NCBI GenBank assembly: GCA_963718235.1
Contig: CAVQYR010000001.1
Span: 1,376,001 to 1,440,000, forward strand
Direction: 5' to 3'
Length of the DNA stretch: 64,000 nt
DNA from: an uncultured Actinomycetota bacterium
GTDB taxonomy: Bacteria > Actinomycetota > Actinomycetes > JAHEKZ01
The notes beneath the pieces are model-generated. The model was not told the DNA's origin. It worked only from the letters and a program-made list of their open reading frames with translations, and did not search any database. Shown piece after piece: positions 26,005-37,460 of the stretch. The position numbers and the translations under genes were made by a program. Position 1 is the first letter of the stretch. Each line of letters starts with the position of its first letter.

Positions 26005-27658
26005 GGGCCCGCGGGCGCTCGCGCCAGGTGTTCGTCATCGGGAGCCGTCGGTCCCGACCGAAGGCGCGCAGCGAGATCTTGGGTCCCGGGGGGTACTGGC
26101 GCCGCTTGTACTCAGCCAGGTCGGTGAGCCGCAGGATCCGCTCGACCACCGCCGGGTCGAAGCCACTGGCGACGAGGTCGTCGGCGGAGACGTCGCGCTC
26201 GACGTAGTCGTCGAGGATGTCGTCGAGCAGGTCGTAGTCGGGCAACGAGTCGGTGTCGAGCTGACCGGGCCGCAGCTCCGCGCTGGGTGGCTTCGTGATG
26301 CTGTTCGGCGGGATCGGTGGCACCTCTCCGCGCTGCGCGGCGACGTCGTTGCGCCACCGGGACAAGGCCCACACCAACGACTTCGGGACGTCCTTCAGCG
26401 GCGCGTACCCACCGACGGCGTCCCCGTACAGCGTCGAGTAGCCCACCGACAGCTCGCTCTTGTTCCCGGTAGCCAGCACCATCGGCCCCTCCGCGTTGGA
26501 GATTCCCATCAGCGCGGTGCCTCGGACCCTGGCCTGCAGGTTCTCCTCGGCGAGGCCCACCAGCTTCAGCTGGTCCTGGTAGGCCTGGACGACCGGGGCG
26601 ATCTCGACGGTGCGGAACGTGATCCCGGTGCGGCGGGCCAGGTCGGCGGCGTCGTCGCGGGAGTGCTGCGAGGAGTAGGCGCTCGGCATCGACACCCCGA
26701 GCACGTGCTCGGCCCCCAGGGCGTCGACGGCCAGCGCGGCGGTGAGGGCGGAGTCGATGCCCCCGGACAGGGCCACCACGACGTCGGTGAAGCCGTTCTT
26801 GCGCACGTAGTCGCGCAGTCCGAGGGTCAGTGCGGCGTACACCTCGGCCTCGTCACCGAGCCGCTCGACCGCAGAACCAGTGGCCGTCGACGGCAGGTCG
26901 ACGACGAGCAGCTCGTCGGTGAACTGCGCGGCACGGGCCACGACGACACCGTCGGGACTCACGACCAGGGAGTCCCCGTCGAACACGAGCTCGTCCTGAC
27001 CGCCGACGAGGTTGACGTAGGCGAGCGTGCACCCTGACTCGGCCGCGCGTCTGCGAGCCAGCGCGAGCCGAACGTCGTCCTTGTTGCGCTCGTACGGCGA
27101 CCCGTTGACCACGAGGAGCAGGTCGGACTGCGAGTCACGCGCCCACTGGACGGGACCGCCGTCCTGCCACAGGTCCTCGCAGACGGCGACCGACACCGCA
27201 ACCCCGTCGACCTCGAACCGGCAGGGTTCGTGGCCGGGCACGAAGTACCGGTACTCGTCGAACACGCCGTAGTTGGGCAGGTGGTGCTTGTAGTAGCGGC
27301 CCACGACCCGTCCACCCCTCACCACCGCCACGGCGTTGCGCGGGTGGTGGCGCGGCTGCCCCAGGACGTCGTCGGCCTGGGCGTCTCGGTCCAGGTAGCC
27401 CACGACCACGGTGGTGTCACCCAGGCCGACAGTGACGAGGGTGCTGGCAAGGGCGTCGACCGCCGCCTTCGAGGCGTCGATGAACGACTCCCGCAGCGCG
27501 AGGTCCTCGATCGGGTAGCCGGTGAGGAACATCTCCGGGAAGGCGACCAGTCGGGCACCCTCGACCGAGGCTCGTTGGGTGAGGGAGACGACCTGGGCCG
27601 CGTTGCCCTCGAGGTCGCCGACGGTGGCGTTGGCCTGGGCGAGGGCGATCCGCAGCAT
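25997..27658 (-). CDS. nadE: Glutamine-dependent NAD+ synthetase
   Basis: Nitrilase-fold domain (FPEM, KHHLPNYGVFDE, CEDLW) plus LSGGIDS, TGNKSE and PPSAEL. Confidence 0.96.
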   Translation of the reverse strand: MLRIALAQANATVGDLEGNAAQVVSLTQRASVEGARLVAFPEMFLTGYPIEDLALRESFIDASKAAVDALASTLVTVGLGDTTVVVGYLDRDAQADDVLGQPRHHPRNAVAVVRGGRVVGRYYKHHLPNYGVFDEYRYFVPGHEPCRFEVDGVAVSVAVCEDLWQDGGPVQWARDSQSDLLLVVNGSPYERNKDDVRLALARRRAAESGCTLAYVNLVGGQDELVFDGDSLVVSPDGVVVARAAQFTDELLVVDLPSTATGSAVERLGDEAEVYAALTLGLRDYVRKNGFTDVVVALSGGIDSALTAALAVDALGAEHVLGVSMPSAYSSQHSRDDAADLARRTGITFRTVEIAPVVQAYQDQLKLVGLAEENLQARVRGTALMGISNAEGPMVLATGNKSELSVGYSTLYGDAVGGYAPLKDVPKSLVWALSRWRNDVAAQRGEVPPIPPNSITKPPSAELRPGQLDTDSLPDYDLLDDILDDYVERDVSADDLVASGFDPAVVERILRLTDLAEYKRRQYPPGPKISLRAFGRDRRLPMTNTWRERPRAHG

Positions 27659-27723
27659 GGGGGCAGTCTCCCAGGGTGGCGAGCCCCCGGCGCAGGGCAC
27701 GCCGACGTCCCCACCTGAACTGC

Positions 27724-27739
27724 GTAACGCGGGCGAAAC
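27724..27739 (+). promoter_or_regulatory. GlnR box
   Basis: GTAAC-N6-GAAAC in the nadE/glnA intergenic region. Confidence 0.75.
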
Positions 27740-27761
27740 ACGCACCCGCCACCATGCGGGG

Positions 27762-29096
27762 ATGGACAAGCAGCAGGAGTTCGTGCTCCGCACGATCGAG
27801 GAACGCGACATCCGGTTCATCCGCCTGTGGTTCACCGACGTCCTGGGGTTCTTGAAGTCGGTGGCCATCGCCCCGGCCGAGCTCGAGGGCGCCTTCGCCG
27901 AGGGGATCGGCTTCGACGGGTCGGCCATCGAGGGCTTTGCCCGGGTCTACGAGGCCGACATGCTGGTCAAGCCCGACCCGACCACGTTCACGGTTCTTCC
28001 GTGGCGCAGCGAGGGACCGGGCACCGCCCGGATGTTCTGCGACATCCAGCTGCCCGACGGGGCGCCGTCGTACGTCGACCCGCGCTTCGTGCTCAAGCGA
28101 GCGATGGCCAAGGCGGCCGACCTCGGCTTCACGTACTACACCCACCCGGAGATCGAGTTCTTCCTGTTCAAGGGCCAGCCCGACGGCACCGAGCCCGTCC
28201 CGATCGACCACGGTGGCTACTTCGACCACACGCCCACCTCGCTCGGCCAGGACTTCCGGCGGACGGCGATCACCATGCTGGAGGCGATGGGGATCTCGGT
28301 GGAGTTCAGCCACCACGAAGGTGCCCCGGGCCAGCAGGAGATCGACCTGCGCTACGCGGACGCGCTCAGCACCGCTGACAACATCATGACCTTCCGGACG
28401 GTGATCAAGGAGGTGGCGCTGGAGCAGGGGCTGTACGGCTCGTTCATGCCCAAGCCGCTGGCGGACCACCCCGGATCGGGGATGCACACCCACCTGTCGC
28501 TGTTCGAAGGCGACCGCAACGCGTTCTACGAGCCGGGGGGCGAGTACCAGCTGTCCAAGGTCGCCCGCGCCTTCATCGCCGGGCTGCTGCGGCACGGTCC
28601 GGAGATCACCGCGGTGACCAACCAGTGGGTCAACTCCTACAAGCGCCTCTACGGGGGCGGGGAGGCCCCCGCGTACGTGTGCTGGGGGCACAACAACCGC
28701 TCGGCGATGATCCGGGTGCCGATGTACAAGCCACAGAAGGGCCAGAGCACCCGGATCGAGGTCCGCAGCCTGGACCCCGCGTGCAACCCGTACCTGGCGT
28801 TCGCCGTGCTCCTGGCTGCCGGGCTCAAGGGGGTCGAGGAGGGCTACGACCTGCCCCGTGGGGCCGAGGACGACGTGTGGCAGCTCACCGAGTCGGAGCG
28901 TCGCGCCCTCGGCATCGAGCCGCTGCCGCAGAACCTCGCGGAGGCGATCGCGGTGATGGAGCGCAGCGAGCTCGTCGCGGAGACCCTGGGGGAGCACGTC
29001 TTCGACTTCTTCCTGCGCAACAAGCGACAGGAGTGGCAGGACTACCGTGGCCAGGTCACGCCGTTCGAGCTCCAGCGCTACCTTCCTGCCCTCTGA
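27762..29096 (+). CDS. glnA: Type I glutamine synthetase family protein (GlnA2-type)
   Basis: MDKQQEFVLRTIEERDIRFIRLWFTD, FDGSAI, HHEGAPGQQE, GSGMHTH and NPYLA motifs. Confidence 0.95.
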   Translation: MDKQQEFVLRTIEERDIRFIRLWFTDVLGFLKSVAIAPAELEGAFAEGIGFDGSAIEGFARVYEADMLVKPDPTTFTVLPWRSEGPGTARMFCDIQLPDGAPSYVDPRFVLKRAMAKAADLGFTYYTHPEIEFFLFKGQPDGTEPVPIDHGGYFDHTPTSLGQDFRRTAITMLEAMGISVEFSHHEGAPGQQEIDLRYADALSTADNIMTFRTVIKEVALEQGLYGSFMPKPLADHPGSGMHTHLSLFEGDRNAFYEPGGEYQLSKVARAFIAGLLRHGPEITAVTNQWVNSYKRLYGGGEAPAYVCWGHNNRSAMIRVPMYKPQKGQSTRIEVRSLDPACNPYLAFAVLLAAGLKGVEEGYDLPRGAEDDVWQLTESERRALGIEPLPQNLAEAIAVMERSELVAETLGEHVFDFFLRNKRQEWQDYRGQVTPFELQRYLPAL

Positions 29097-29116
29097 CGCG
29101 TCAGTAGCGTGGTGGG

Positions 29117-32116
29117 GTGAGCACCGGTCGCAGCGCCAGCCTGGTCGCCCGCCTGGCCAGGCTCGGTTTCGCCGACGCGGCGCGGGCCGACTCGCTGCTG
29201 TCGGCTGCGGCGCTGGACCACACCGTCGTGGACGACGCACTGCTGGAGGCGTTGTCGGCGGCCGCCGACCCGGACCTGGCCCTGCTCGGGCTGGTGCGCC
29301 TGCTCGAGGCGCACCGCGCGGCTGGGGCAGACCCGGCGGACCTGCTGGACCGGCTGCGCGACGACACGGAGCTGCGCACCCGGCTGACCACCGTGCTGGG
29401 GGCCAGCTCGGCGCTGGCCGACCACCTGCTGCGCCATCCCGCGGACTGCGAGGTCCTGGCCGGCGCCAGCGGCAGCTCGCGACCCACCGCCGCCGCGCTG
29501 CGGCTCGCGCTGCTCGAGGCAGTGGCCGCCGACCCCTCCGATCCGTTCCCCACGGCTGGGCGGGCCGACGCGGCCGACCGGCTGCGGGCGACCTACCGAA
29601 GGGCCTTGCTGGGCCTGGCGGCCCGTGACCTGGTCGACGGCCTCCCGGTCGGCGACGTAGCCGCCGAGCTGGCCGACCTCGCGGCCGGGGCCCTGGACGC
29701 GGCACTGGCCATCGCCCGCAGCGAGCTGCCGCCGGGAAGTGAGCCCGTGCGGCTGGCCGTCATCGGCATGGGCAAGGCCGGCGGCCACGAGCTGAACTAC
29801 GTGAGCGACGTCGACGTCGTCTACGTCGCCGAGCCCCTTCCCGGCGGCGACGAGGAGGCTGCCCTGCGCACGGCGGCCCTGCTCGGGGCCGGGTTGGCGC
29901 GGGCCTGCTCGGCGACCACCCCAGAGGGCACCTTGTGGGAGGTCGACGCGGCACTGCGCCCAGAGGGCAAGGCCGGTCCGCTCGTCCGGACCCTCGCCAG
30001 CCATCTCGTCTACTACGAGCGCTGGGCCAAGACCTGGGAGTTCCAGGCCCTGCTCAAGGCGCGCCCGATCGCCGGCGACCACGAGCTCGGCCGGGCCTAC
30101 GTCGAGGCCCTGGCCCCCCTGGTGTGGCAGGCGGCCGCCCGCCCGGGCTTCGTCGAGGACGTCCAGGCGATGCGCCGCCGGGTCGAGGAGCAGATCCCCA
30201 GCAAGGACGCCGAGCGTGAGCTCAAGCTGGGACCGGGCGGGCTGCGCGACGTGGAGTTCTCGGTGCAGCTGCTCCAGCTGGTGCACGGACGCACCGACGA
30301 GTCGCTGCGCAGCGCCAACACCTTGGTCGCCCTGGACGCACTGGCCGCCGGTGGCTATGTCGGTCGCGGTGACGCTGCGTCGCTGGACGCGGCCTACCGG
30401 TTCCTGCGCACCGTCGAGCACCGGATCCAGCTGCTGAGGCTGCGCCGGACGCACCTCATGCCCGACCCCGACCGCGACCGGCGTCGGATCGCCCGCTCGA
30501 TGGGCTACCGCAGCGACCCGGTCCAGGAGCTGAATGCCGCCTGGCGGGGCCATGCGCGCGAGGCCCGGCGGCTGCACGAGAAGCTGTTCTACCGACCGCT
30601 GCTGGGGGCGGTGGCCAGGTTGTCCCCCGGTGAGGCCCGGCTGACCCCCGACGCGGCCAAGGCCCGGCTGGAGGCTCTGGGCTACGCCGACCCGGCGGGA
30701 GCGCTGCGGCACCTGGAGGCGCTGACCGAGGGTGTCAGCCGCCGGGCCGCCATCCAACGCACCCTGCTGCCGGTGATGCTGGGCTGGTTCGCCGACGCCG
30801 CCGACCCCGACGCCGGGCTGCTCGCCTTCCGGCAGGTCAGTGACGCGCTCGGTTCCACCCACTGGTACCTCGCGCTGCTGCGTGATGCCGGCGCCGCCGC
30901 GGAGCGGTTGGCCCGCGTCCTGGCCTCCAGCCGCTACGCCACCGACCTCCTTCAACGGGCGCCCGACGCCGTGGCCATGCTGGCCGACGACGACGACCTG
31001 GTCCCGCGCGGACGTGCTGCGCTCGAGGCCGAGATCCAGGCCACCGTGGCGAGGGCGGAGGGCCCGGAGGCGGCCGCTGCGGCGGTGCGGGCGATCCGTC
31101 GGCGCGAGCTGTTCCGGGTGTCGGTGGCCGACGTGCTCGGGCTCCTGGACGTGCGGGCGGTCGGTGAGGCCCTCACGAGCATCACGGCGGCAAGCATCGC
31201 GGGTGGGCTCGCCGCGGCGGTGACCTCGGTGGAGACCCAGCAGGGGCGGCCCCTGCCGACCCGCTTTGCGGTGATCGCGATGGGTCGCTTCGGCGGGCAC
31301 GAGCTCGGCTACGGCAGCGACGCCGATGTCCTGTTCGTGCACGAGCCGCTGCCCGGTGCCGATCCGCGCGAGGCGGCGGACGCGGCACATGCGGCAGCCA
31401 ACGAGCTGCGCCGCCTCCTGCAGCTGCCTGCCCCCGACCCGCCGTTGCTGGTCGACGCCGACCTGCGCCCCGAGGGTCGCCAAGGGCCCCTGGTCCGGAC
31501 CCTCGACTCCTACGAGGCCTACTACCGGCGGTGGTCGCTGGTCTGGGAGAGCCAGGCTCTGCTGCGGGCCGAACCAGTCGCCGGGGACGAGGCCCTGGGT
31601 CGCGCGTTCACCCGGCTCGTCGACCCGCTGCGCTGGCCGCAAGGAGGGCTCGGAGACGACGACGTGCGCGAGATCCGTCGGATCAAGGCGCGGGTCGAGG
31701 CCGAGCGGCTGCCCCGGGGGGCCGACCCCGCCACCCACACCAAGCTGGGCCCCGGGGGGCTCGCCGACGTCGAGTGGACGGTTCAGCTGCTCCAGCTGCA
31801 GCATGCGGGCGAGGTGCCCGAGCTGCGCTCGACGCGCACCATCGACGTCCTCGACGCGGTGGCGGCCGCAGGGCTCCTGCCACGCGGAGACGCCGACCTG
31901 CTGACCCAGGCCTGGAACCTGGCCACCCGGGTGCGCAACGCGATCGTCCTCGTGCGGGGCCGCGCCGACGACTCGCTGCCCCGGGACCTGCGGGCGCTCG
32001 CGGGTGTGGCCCGCCTGGTCGGATACGCTCCCGGCCACGCGACAGCCCTCACGGAGGAGTACCGAAGGGCCAGCCGTCGCGCCAGGGGGGTCGTCGAAAG
32101 GGTGTTCTACGGGTGA
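29117..32116 (+). CDS. glnE: Bifunctional glutamine synthetase adenylyltransferase/deadenylase
   Basis: Two nucleotidyltransferase domains (MGKAGGHELNYVSDVD; MGRFGGHELGYGSDAD), two LRPEG and two KLGPGGL motifs. Confidence 0.95.
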   Translation: MSTGRSASLVARLARLGFADAARADSLLSAAALDHTVVDDALLEALSAAADPDLALLGLVRLLEAHRAAGADPADLLDRLRDDTELRTRLTTVLGASSALADHLLRHPADCEVLAGASGSSRPTAAALRLALLEAVAADPSDPFPTAGRADAADRLRATYRRALLGLAARDLVDGLPVGDVAAELADLAAGALDAALAIARSELPPGSEPVRLAVIGMGKAGGHELNYVSDVDVVYVAEPLPGGDEEAALRTAALLGAGLARACSATTPEGTLWEVDAALRPEGKAGPLVRTLASHLVYYERWAKTWEFQALLKARPIAGDHELGRAYVEALAPLVWQAAARPGFVEDVQAMRRRVEEQIPSKDAERELKLGPGGLRDVEFSVQLLQLVHGRTDESLRSANTLVALDALAAGGYVGRGDAASLDAAYRFLRTVEHRIQLLRLRRTHLMPDPDRDRRRIARSMGYRSDPVQELNAAWRGHAREARRLHEKLFYRPLLGAVARLSPGEARLTPDAAKARLEALGYADPAGALRHLEALTEGVSRRAAIQRTLLPVMLGWFADAADPDAGLLAFRQVSDALGSTHWYLALLRDAGAAAERLARVLASSRYATDLLQRAPDAVAMLADDDDLVPRGRAALEAEIQATVARAEGPEAAAAAVRAIRRRELFRVSVADVLGLLDVRAVGEALTSITAASIAGGLAAAVTSVETQQGRPLPTRFAVIAMGRFGGHELGYGSDADVLFVHEPLPGADPREAADAAHAAANELRRLLQLPAPDPPLLVDADLRPEGRQGPLVRTLDSYEAYYRRWSLVWESQALLRAEPVAGDEALGRAFTRLVDPLRWPQGGLGDDDVREIRRIKARVEAERLPRGADPATHTKLGPGGLADVEWTVQLLQLQHAGEVPELRSTRTIDVLDAVAAAGLLPRGDADLLTQAWNLATRVRNAIVLVRGRADDSLPRDLRALAGVARLVGYAPGHATALTEEYRRASRRARGVVERVFYG

Positions 32117-33399
32117 GCCGACCGTCTGCGCGTGGAGAGCTCCACGCCCGCGGCTCCTACCGAAGACTGCTCGACAACCGCGAGATCCTCGGCGTCTTGT
32201 CCTGGCGGGGCCTGTCCTCGATGGGCGACCAGGTGGCGCGGGCGGTCCTGGCCCTGGTGGTCCTCCAGCGAGCCGACGGAGGTCCGGTCCTCAGCGCTCT
32301 CGTGCTCGCGATCGGCTACCTCCCGATCACCTTCGGGTCGGCGATCCTCGGCTCCCTCGCCGACCGCTTCCCCCGGCGCACGGTGATCCTGGTCTGCGAA
32401 GCAGCCCGGGCCGTCCTCGTGGCGGGCCTGGCGCTCATGGTGTCCCAGGATGCGACGCTGGGGTCGATCCTGCTGGTCCTCCTGGTCGCCGAGATGTTCA
32501 GTCCTCCCTCGGCCGCGGCGTCGCAGTCGCTGCTGCCCGACCTCGCGCGCGACCATGCGGAGTACCAGACCGCGTACGCCGCACGGGGGACCATCGACCA
32601 GACCATGCAGGTCCTGGGGTTCGTCCTCGGCGGCATCGCACTCCAGCTGTGGTCCGCGGAGTGGGCCCTGCTCTTCGACTCGCTCACCTTCGTCGGTGGC
32701 TTCTTGATCGTCGTGGTGTTCGTTCGGCGTCGCCCGGCCGCTGACGTCGCAGGCACGTCGGTCCGCCGCATCTTCGGCGACATGAGACTCGGCGCCCAGA
32801 CCATTCGGTCCTCGGCGGCGCGCAGCTGGCTGGCCGTCCTGGCCTGGACGTCGGCCGCCTTGCTCGTGGCCACCGACGGTGTCGCCCTGCCCTATGCCAG
32901 CACCCATGGCGCTTCGGACGCGGTGGCCACTGCGCTCCTGGCCGCCACGCCGGCCGGAGCGGCCATCGCCTCGGTGTTCGTCGGGCGCCTCTCGATGGCC
33001 CGACAGCTGACCGTGCTGTTCCCGCTTGCCGGTGCCTCGACGATCCCCATGGTGGTCACCGGGTTCGACCCACCGGTGTGGGTGGCCTGGGTGCTCTGGT
33101 TCGGCGTCGGGCTCTGCCAGGGGTACGTCGTCACGGTCATGACCCTCACCGTGCTGCTCACCCCGCTCGAGCAGCGGGGTCGGGTCACCGGACTCGTGGC
33201 CGCAGGGTTCAACGCAGTCGCTGCCCTGACCCTGCTGGTGATGGGCGCGCTGACCCAGGCGGTGACGGCGGCGTTCGCCCTGTCCATCACCGGGTCGCTG
33301 GGCCTGGTGGCCGTTCTGGTGCTCTGGATCCTGTGGCCGCAGCGGGCGATCAAGCAGGCGGTCCGGACCACGTATGGTGCGACATCTCGCCGGGGATGA
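32113..33399 (+). CDS. MFS transporter
   Basis: GTGA overlap with glnE; [10 protein letters not shown] and EQRGRVTG; about 12 TM segments. Confidence 0.85.
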   Translation: MSRPSARGELHARGSYRRLLDNREILGVLSWRGLSSMGDQVARAVLALVVLQRADGGPVLSALVLAIGYLPITFGSAILGSLADRFPRRTVILVCEAARAVLVAGLALMVSQDATLGSILLVLLVAEMFSPPSAAASQSLLPDLARDHAEYQTAYAARGTIDQTMQVLGFVLGGIALQLWSAEWALLFDSLTFVGGFLIVVVFVRRRPAADVAGTSVRRIFGDMRLGAQTIRSSAARSWLAVLAWTSAALLVATDGVALPYASTHGASDAVATALLAATPAGAAIASVFVGRLSMARQLTVLFPLAGASTIPMVVTGFDPPVWVAWVLWFGVGLCQGYVVTVMTLTVLLTPLEQRGRVTGLVAAGFNAVAALTLLVMGALTQAVTAAFALSITGSLGLVAVLVLWILWPQRAIKQAVRTTYGATSRRG

Positions 33400-33409
33400 G
33401 GGGACACAC

Positions 33410-34450
33410 ATGAAGGCGATCGTCAAACCGGGGTCCGCGCCGGGGCTCGAGCTGCAGGACGTCCCTGTCCCGCCGGTGGGGGGTGGTGACGTCTTGATCA
33501 AGGTCCTGCGCACCGGCATCTGCGGCACCGACCTGCACATCCGGAGCTGGGACGCCTGGGCGGCCGACACGCTCCGTCCGCCACTCGTCATCGGCCACGA
33601 GATCGTCGGCCGGATCGTGGAGGTGGGTGCGGGCGTCGACTCGGTGAGCGTCGGCGAGGTGGTCAGCGTCGAAGGGCACATCGTCTGCGGGCGTTGCCGC
33701 CACTGCCGTGCCGGTCGACGCCAGCTGTGTCCGAACACCATCGGCGTGGGTGTCGACAGGGACGGTGGGTTCGCGGAGTACATCGTGGTTCCGGTCACCA
33801 ACGTGTGGCGGCACCGGGAGGGGATCGACCTCGACGTGGCCGCGATCTTCGATCCGTTCGGCAACGCGGTCCACTCCGCACTGTCCTTTCCCGTGCTGGG
33901 TGAGGACGTGCTGGTCACCGGCGCCGGACCGATCGGCGTCATGGCGGCCGCGGTGGTGAGGCACGCCGGCGCGCGCCATGTCGTGGTCACCGACGTGAAC
34001 GACTTCCGGCTGGGGCTCGCCGAGAAGATGGGTGCCTCGCGCGTGGTCAACACCAGCACGTCCTCGCTCGACGACGTCGTGACCGAGCTCGGCATGGTGG
34101 AGGGGTTCGACGTCGGACTGGAGATGTCCGGTGCCGCGCCCGCGCTGCACGGGATGCTCCAGGCGATGGCCAACGGGGGGCGGGTGGCGCTGCTCGGGCT
34201 TCCCGGCGGGTCGAGCGAGCAGTTCGCCTTCGACTGGGTCCGCGTCATCACGTCCATGCTCACGATCAAGGGCATCTACGGCCGGGAGATGTTCGAGACC
34301 TGGTACGCCATGTCGGTGCTCGAGGCAGCCGGGCTCGACATCAGTCCCGTGATCACCCACCGGTTCCGGTACGACCAGTTCGAGGAGGCGTTCGACGTCG
34401 CCGTCGAGGGGCAGTGCGGCAAGGTCGTGCTCGACTGGTCGGAGGCCTGA
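33410..34450 (+). CDS. tdh: L-threonine 3-dehydrogenase
   Basis: [22 protein letters not shown]...C, DPFGNAVH and [12 protein letters not shown] motifs. Confidence 0.96.
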   Translation: MKAIVKPGSAPGLELQDVPVPPVGGGDVLIKVLRTGICGTDLHIRSWDAWAADTLRPPLVIGHEIVGRIVEVGAGVDSVSVGEVVSVEGHIVCGRCRHCRAGRRQLCPNTIGVGVDRDGGFAEYIVVPVTNVWRHREGIDLDVAAIFDPFGNAVHSALSFPVLGEDVLVTGAGPIGVMAAAVVRHAGARHVVVTDVNDFRLGLAEKMGASRVVNTSTSSLDDVVTELGMVEGFDVGLEMSGAAPALHGMLQAMANGGRVALLGLPGGSSEQFAFDWVRVITSMLTIKGIYGREMFETWYAMSVLEAAGLDISPVITHRFRYDQFEEAFDVAVEGQCGKVVLDWSEA

Positions 34451-34451
34451 G

Positions 34452-35636
34452 ATGCTCGACGACCTGCGCGCCGAGCTGACCACCCGGATCGAGGAGATGC
34501 GCTCCACCGGGGTGTACAAGCCGCAGCGGGTGCTCTCCACGCCGCAGGGGGTCCATGTCCGCGACGACCACGAGCGGCCGATCCTGAACCTGTGCGCCAA
34601 CAACTACCTGGGGCTGGCCGACGACCCTCGGGTCGTGTCGGCAGCACATGCCGCCCTCGACCGCTGGGGGTTCGGCATGGCCTCGGTGCGCTTCATCTGC
34701 GGCACCCAGGAGATCCATACCGAGCTCGAGGGGCGACTCAGCGAGTTCCTCGGGACCGAGGACACGATCTTGTTCGGCTCCTGCTTCGACGCCAACGGCG
34801 GCGTGTTCGAGGCGCTGCTCGACGAGCGTGACGCGGTAATCTCCGACGCGCTGAACCACGCGAGCATCATCGACGGCGTTCGCCTGTGCAAGGCCCGCAG
34901 GTACCGGTACGCCAACCGTGACCTGGCCGAGCTGGAGGCGCGGCTGAGGGAGTCGTCCGACGCGCGTTACCGGCTCGTCGTCACCGACGGTGTGTTCTCG
35001 ATGGACGGCTACCTGGCGCCGCTGGACGAGATCTGCGCCCTGGCCGACCGGTACGACGCCCTGGTCATGGTCGACGACTCCCATGCGGTCGGGTTCGTCG
35101 GCCCCACTGGGCGTGGCACGCCGGAGCTGTTCGGGGTGGCCGACCGGGTCGACATCGTCACCGGCACGCTGGGCAAGGCGCTGGGAGGTGCCAGCGGGGG
35201 CTACGTCGCCGCGCGCCGGGAGGTCGTCGAGCTGCTTCGGCAGCGGGCCCGGCCGTACCTGTTCTCCAACAGCGTCGCGCCGGCCGTGGTCGGAGCCTCG
35301 TTGGCCGTGCTCGACCTGCTCGAAGGCAGCAGCGAGCTGCGCGAGCGGGTGCACCACAACGCCGCGCGGTTCCGCGCCGCGATGAGCGACGCCGGGTTCG
35401 AGCTCCTGCCGGGGGAGCACCCGATCGTCCCGGTGATGTTCGGCGACGCGGTCGTGGCCAGCGCGGTGGCCGAGGCGCTGTGGGCACAGGGGGTGTACGC
35501 GGTCGCCTTCTCGTTCCCGGTGGTCCCGACCGGACAGGCCCGGATCCGGGTGCAGCTGTCCGCGGCGCACACCGACGACGACGTGGACCGGGCGGTGGAG
35601 GCGTTCGTCCAAGCGGGCGCCGAGGTCGTTTCGTGA
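34452..35636 (+). CDS. kbl: 2-amino-3-ketobutyrate CoA ligase
   Basis: [36 protein letters not shown] and RPYLFSN motifs. Confidence 0.96.
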   Translation: MLDDLRAELTTRIEEMRSTGVYKPQRVLSTPQGVHVRDDHERPILNLCANNYLGLADDPRVVSAAHAALDRWGFGMASVRFICGTQEIHTELEGRLSEFLGTEDTILFGSCFDANGGVFEALLDERDAVISDALNHASIIDGVRLCKARRYRYANRDLAELEARLRESSDARYRLVVTDGVFSMDGYLAPLDEICALADRYDALVMVDDSHAVGFVGPTGRGTPELFGVADRVDIVTGTLGKALGGASGGYVAARREVVELLRQRARPYLFSNSVAPAVVGASLAVLDLLEGSSELRERVHHNAARFRAAMSDAGFELLPGEHPIVPVMFGDAVVASAVAEALWAQGVYAVAFSFPVVPTGQARIRVQLSAAHTDDDVDRAVEAFVQAGAEVVS

Positions 35637-35654
35637 CGGTTCGTCCCGTCGCAC

Positions 35655-37343
35655 CTACAGCTCGTCCTCAAGGTCGGTGATGCGTCGCTGCGCCTCTTCG
35701 TGGGCCACCTCGTGGGCCGACGAGGACCCGGTCACCGCCTCGAGGAACGGCTCGCGCTCCAGCGTGTAGACGCGGACCGCGACCTTGAGCCGTCACCGTC
35801 GCCGTACGTGGGACATCGCGCAGCAGGGCGATCTCCCCGAAGTAGCCGCCCTCTCCGGTCGACGTGATGACCTGACCGTCCTTGACGATGTCCACGGTGC
35901 CCTGGGCCACCAGGTAGAACAGGTCGCCTTCGTCACCCTGGCGCACGATCTCGGCGTCGGCGTCGAAGTCGACGGCGACCAGATCGCGGGACAGCTGCTC
36001 GAGCGTGGGCTGGGGGAGGAGCCCGAACATCGGTACCGACTGCAGCAGCGCGAAGCCTGGTCCGGGAAGCATCGCCTGGGCATCGAGGGGCCGGATGCGG
36101 GCCCAGAACGACAGCCCGATCGCCGGCAGCAGGGCACCGGTGGCGAGGAACGCACCGCGGGGTCCGAACAGGTGGACGAGGATCGGGGCGATGGCCGAGC
36201 CGACGGCCTGCCCGCCCATCAGCAGGCTCTCCTGCACGCCGAAGATCCGCGGGAGAGCACGTCGGGTCGGACCGTCCGTTGCAGAAGCGTGCGGCCGGCG
36301 ACGTCGACGAAGGACTTGCCGAGACCTGACACGGCGAGTAGCAGCCAGGCCACGAGCGGGAGGGTGTCCAACGCGACCAGCATCAGCGGAACGCCGGTTG
36401 CCAGCATGCCCAGCGCGATCGGCGGGGGCCAGCCGACGACGTCCGATCAGCACGATGGTCGATGCAGCGCCGACCAGGGCTCCGATGCCGATGGCGGACA
36501 CGAACAGCCCCGGGGAGCTCGGCCCCAGGTCGAGGATCTCGATGCCGAGAACGACGGTGAGGATGTCCAGGATGCCAATGACGACGAACTGGGCACCCAC
36601 GACGCCCGTCAGCATCAACGCGCCTGAGTCGGTGCGGAGCTCGCGCAGGCCGGCGAGGGTCGCCGCGACCGGGCTCTCGCCGGACTCGTCCGGCTCGAAG
36701 GTGCGTTGCAGCCGAAGCGACCGGGTGATCAGCGCCGACCCGACGGTCAACGCGCCCATGATCAAGAACACTTCCCCCGGGCCGGAGAGCCCCAGGACCA
36801 GCGCGGCCAGTAGCGGACCCACGAACAACGAGGCACCCTCGACCGTGCTGGACGCTGCGTTTCCGGCGGTCAGCTGCTCGGGGGTCTCGGCGATCTCGGG
36901 GATGATGGCGTTGTGCACCGGACGAGTCAGCACGATCGAGGTCGCCGCGCACGCCGCCAGCACGTACACCGCAGGTCGCGGCAGGCCGGCGACCAGCCCG
37001 ACGCCCGTGGCGATCATCGTGACCGCCTGGATCGCGTACCCCAGTGACAGGGCGTGGTCACGGCGCATCCGGTCCCCGATCACCGAAGCGAACGGCGCCA
37101 CGAGGGTGGCAGGGACGAGCTGTATCACCGCGATGAGACCGGCCGCGGCAGCTCCGCCGGTGTCGTAGGCCCACACAAGGATGGCGACCCACGTCGCCCA
37201 CTCGGTGGTGTTGAACACGAAGAACGCCAGCAGAACCCGCCGCAGTGACCCACTCTGAAGCACCGCGACGAGCGGGTGAGCGCGATCGTCCGGCGTGGCG
37301 ACCGCGCGGGCGGCTCCGGGCCGTTCGCGTTGGCTGGGTCCAC
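35655..37343 (-). pseudogene. MFS transporter fused to a cNMP-binding domain, about four single-base frameshifts
   Basis: TM segments and GDRMRR motif; C-terminal IVRQGDEGDLFY...GYFGEIALL...PRTATV; the frame changes near 37275, 36425, 36250 and 35790. Confidence 0.75.
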
Positions 37344-37460
37344 GCCGTCCCCTGCGTCATCGGTCGAGGGCGATGGTGATCGTCAACGGGCGGCCGCGCA
37401 CCTCCCCACACCGCGGACATGGGGGAGACTGAGGACGTGCGACGACACGAAGGGGTGGAC

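Noticed and set aside
29078-32038. 986-aa minus-strand ORF
   Set aside because: Antisense shadow of glnE.
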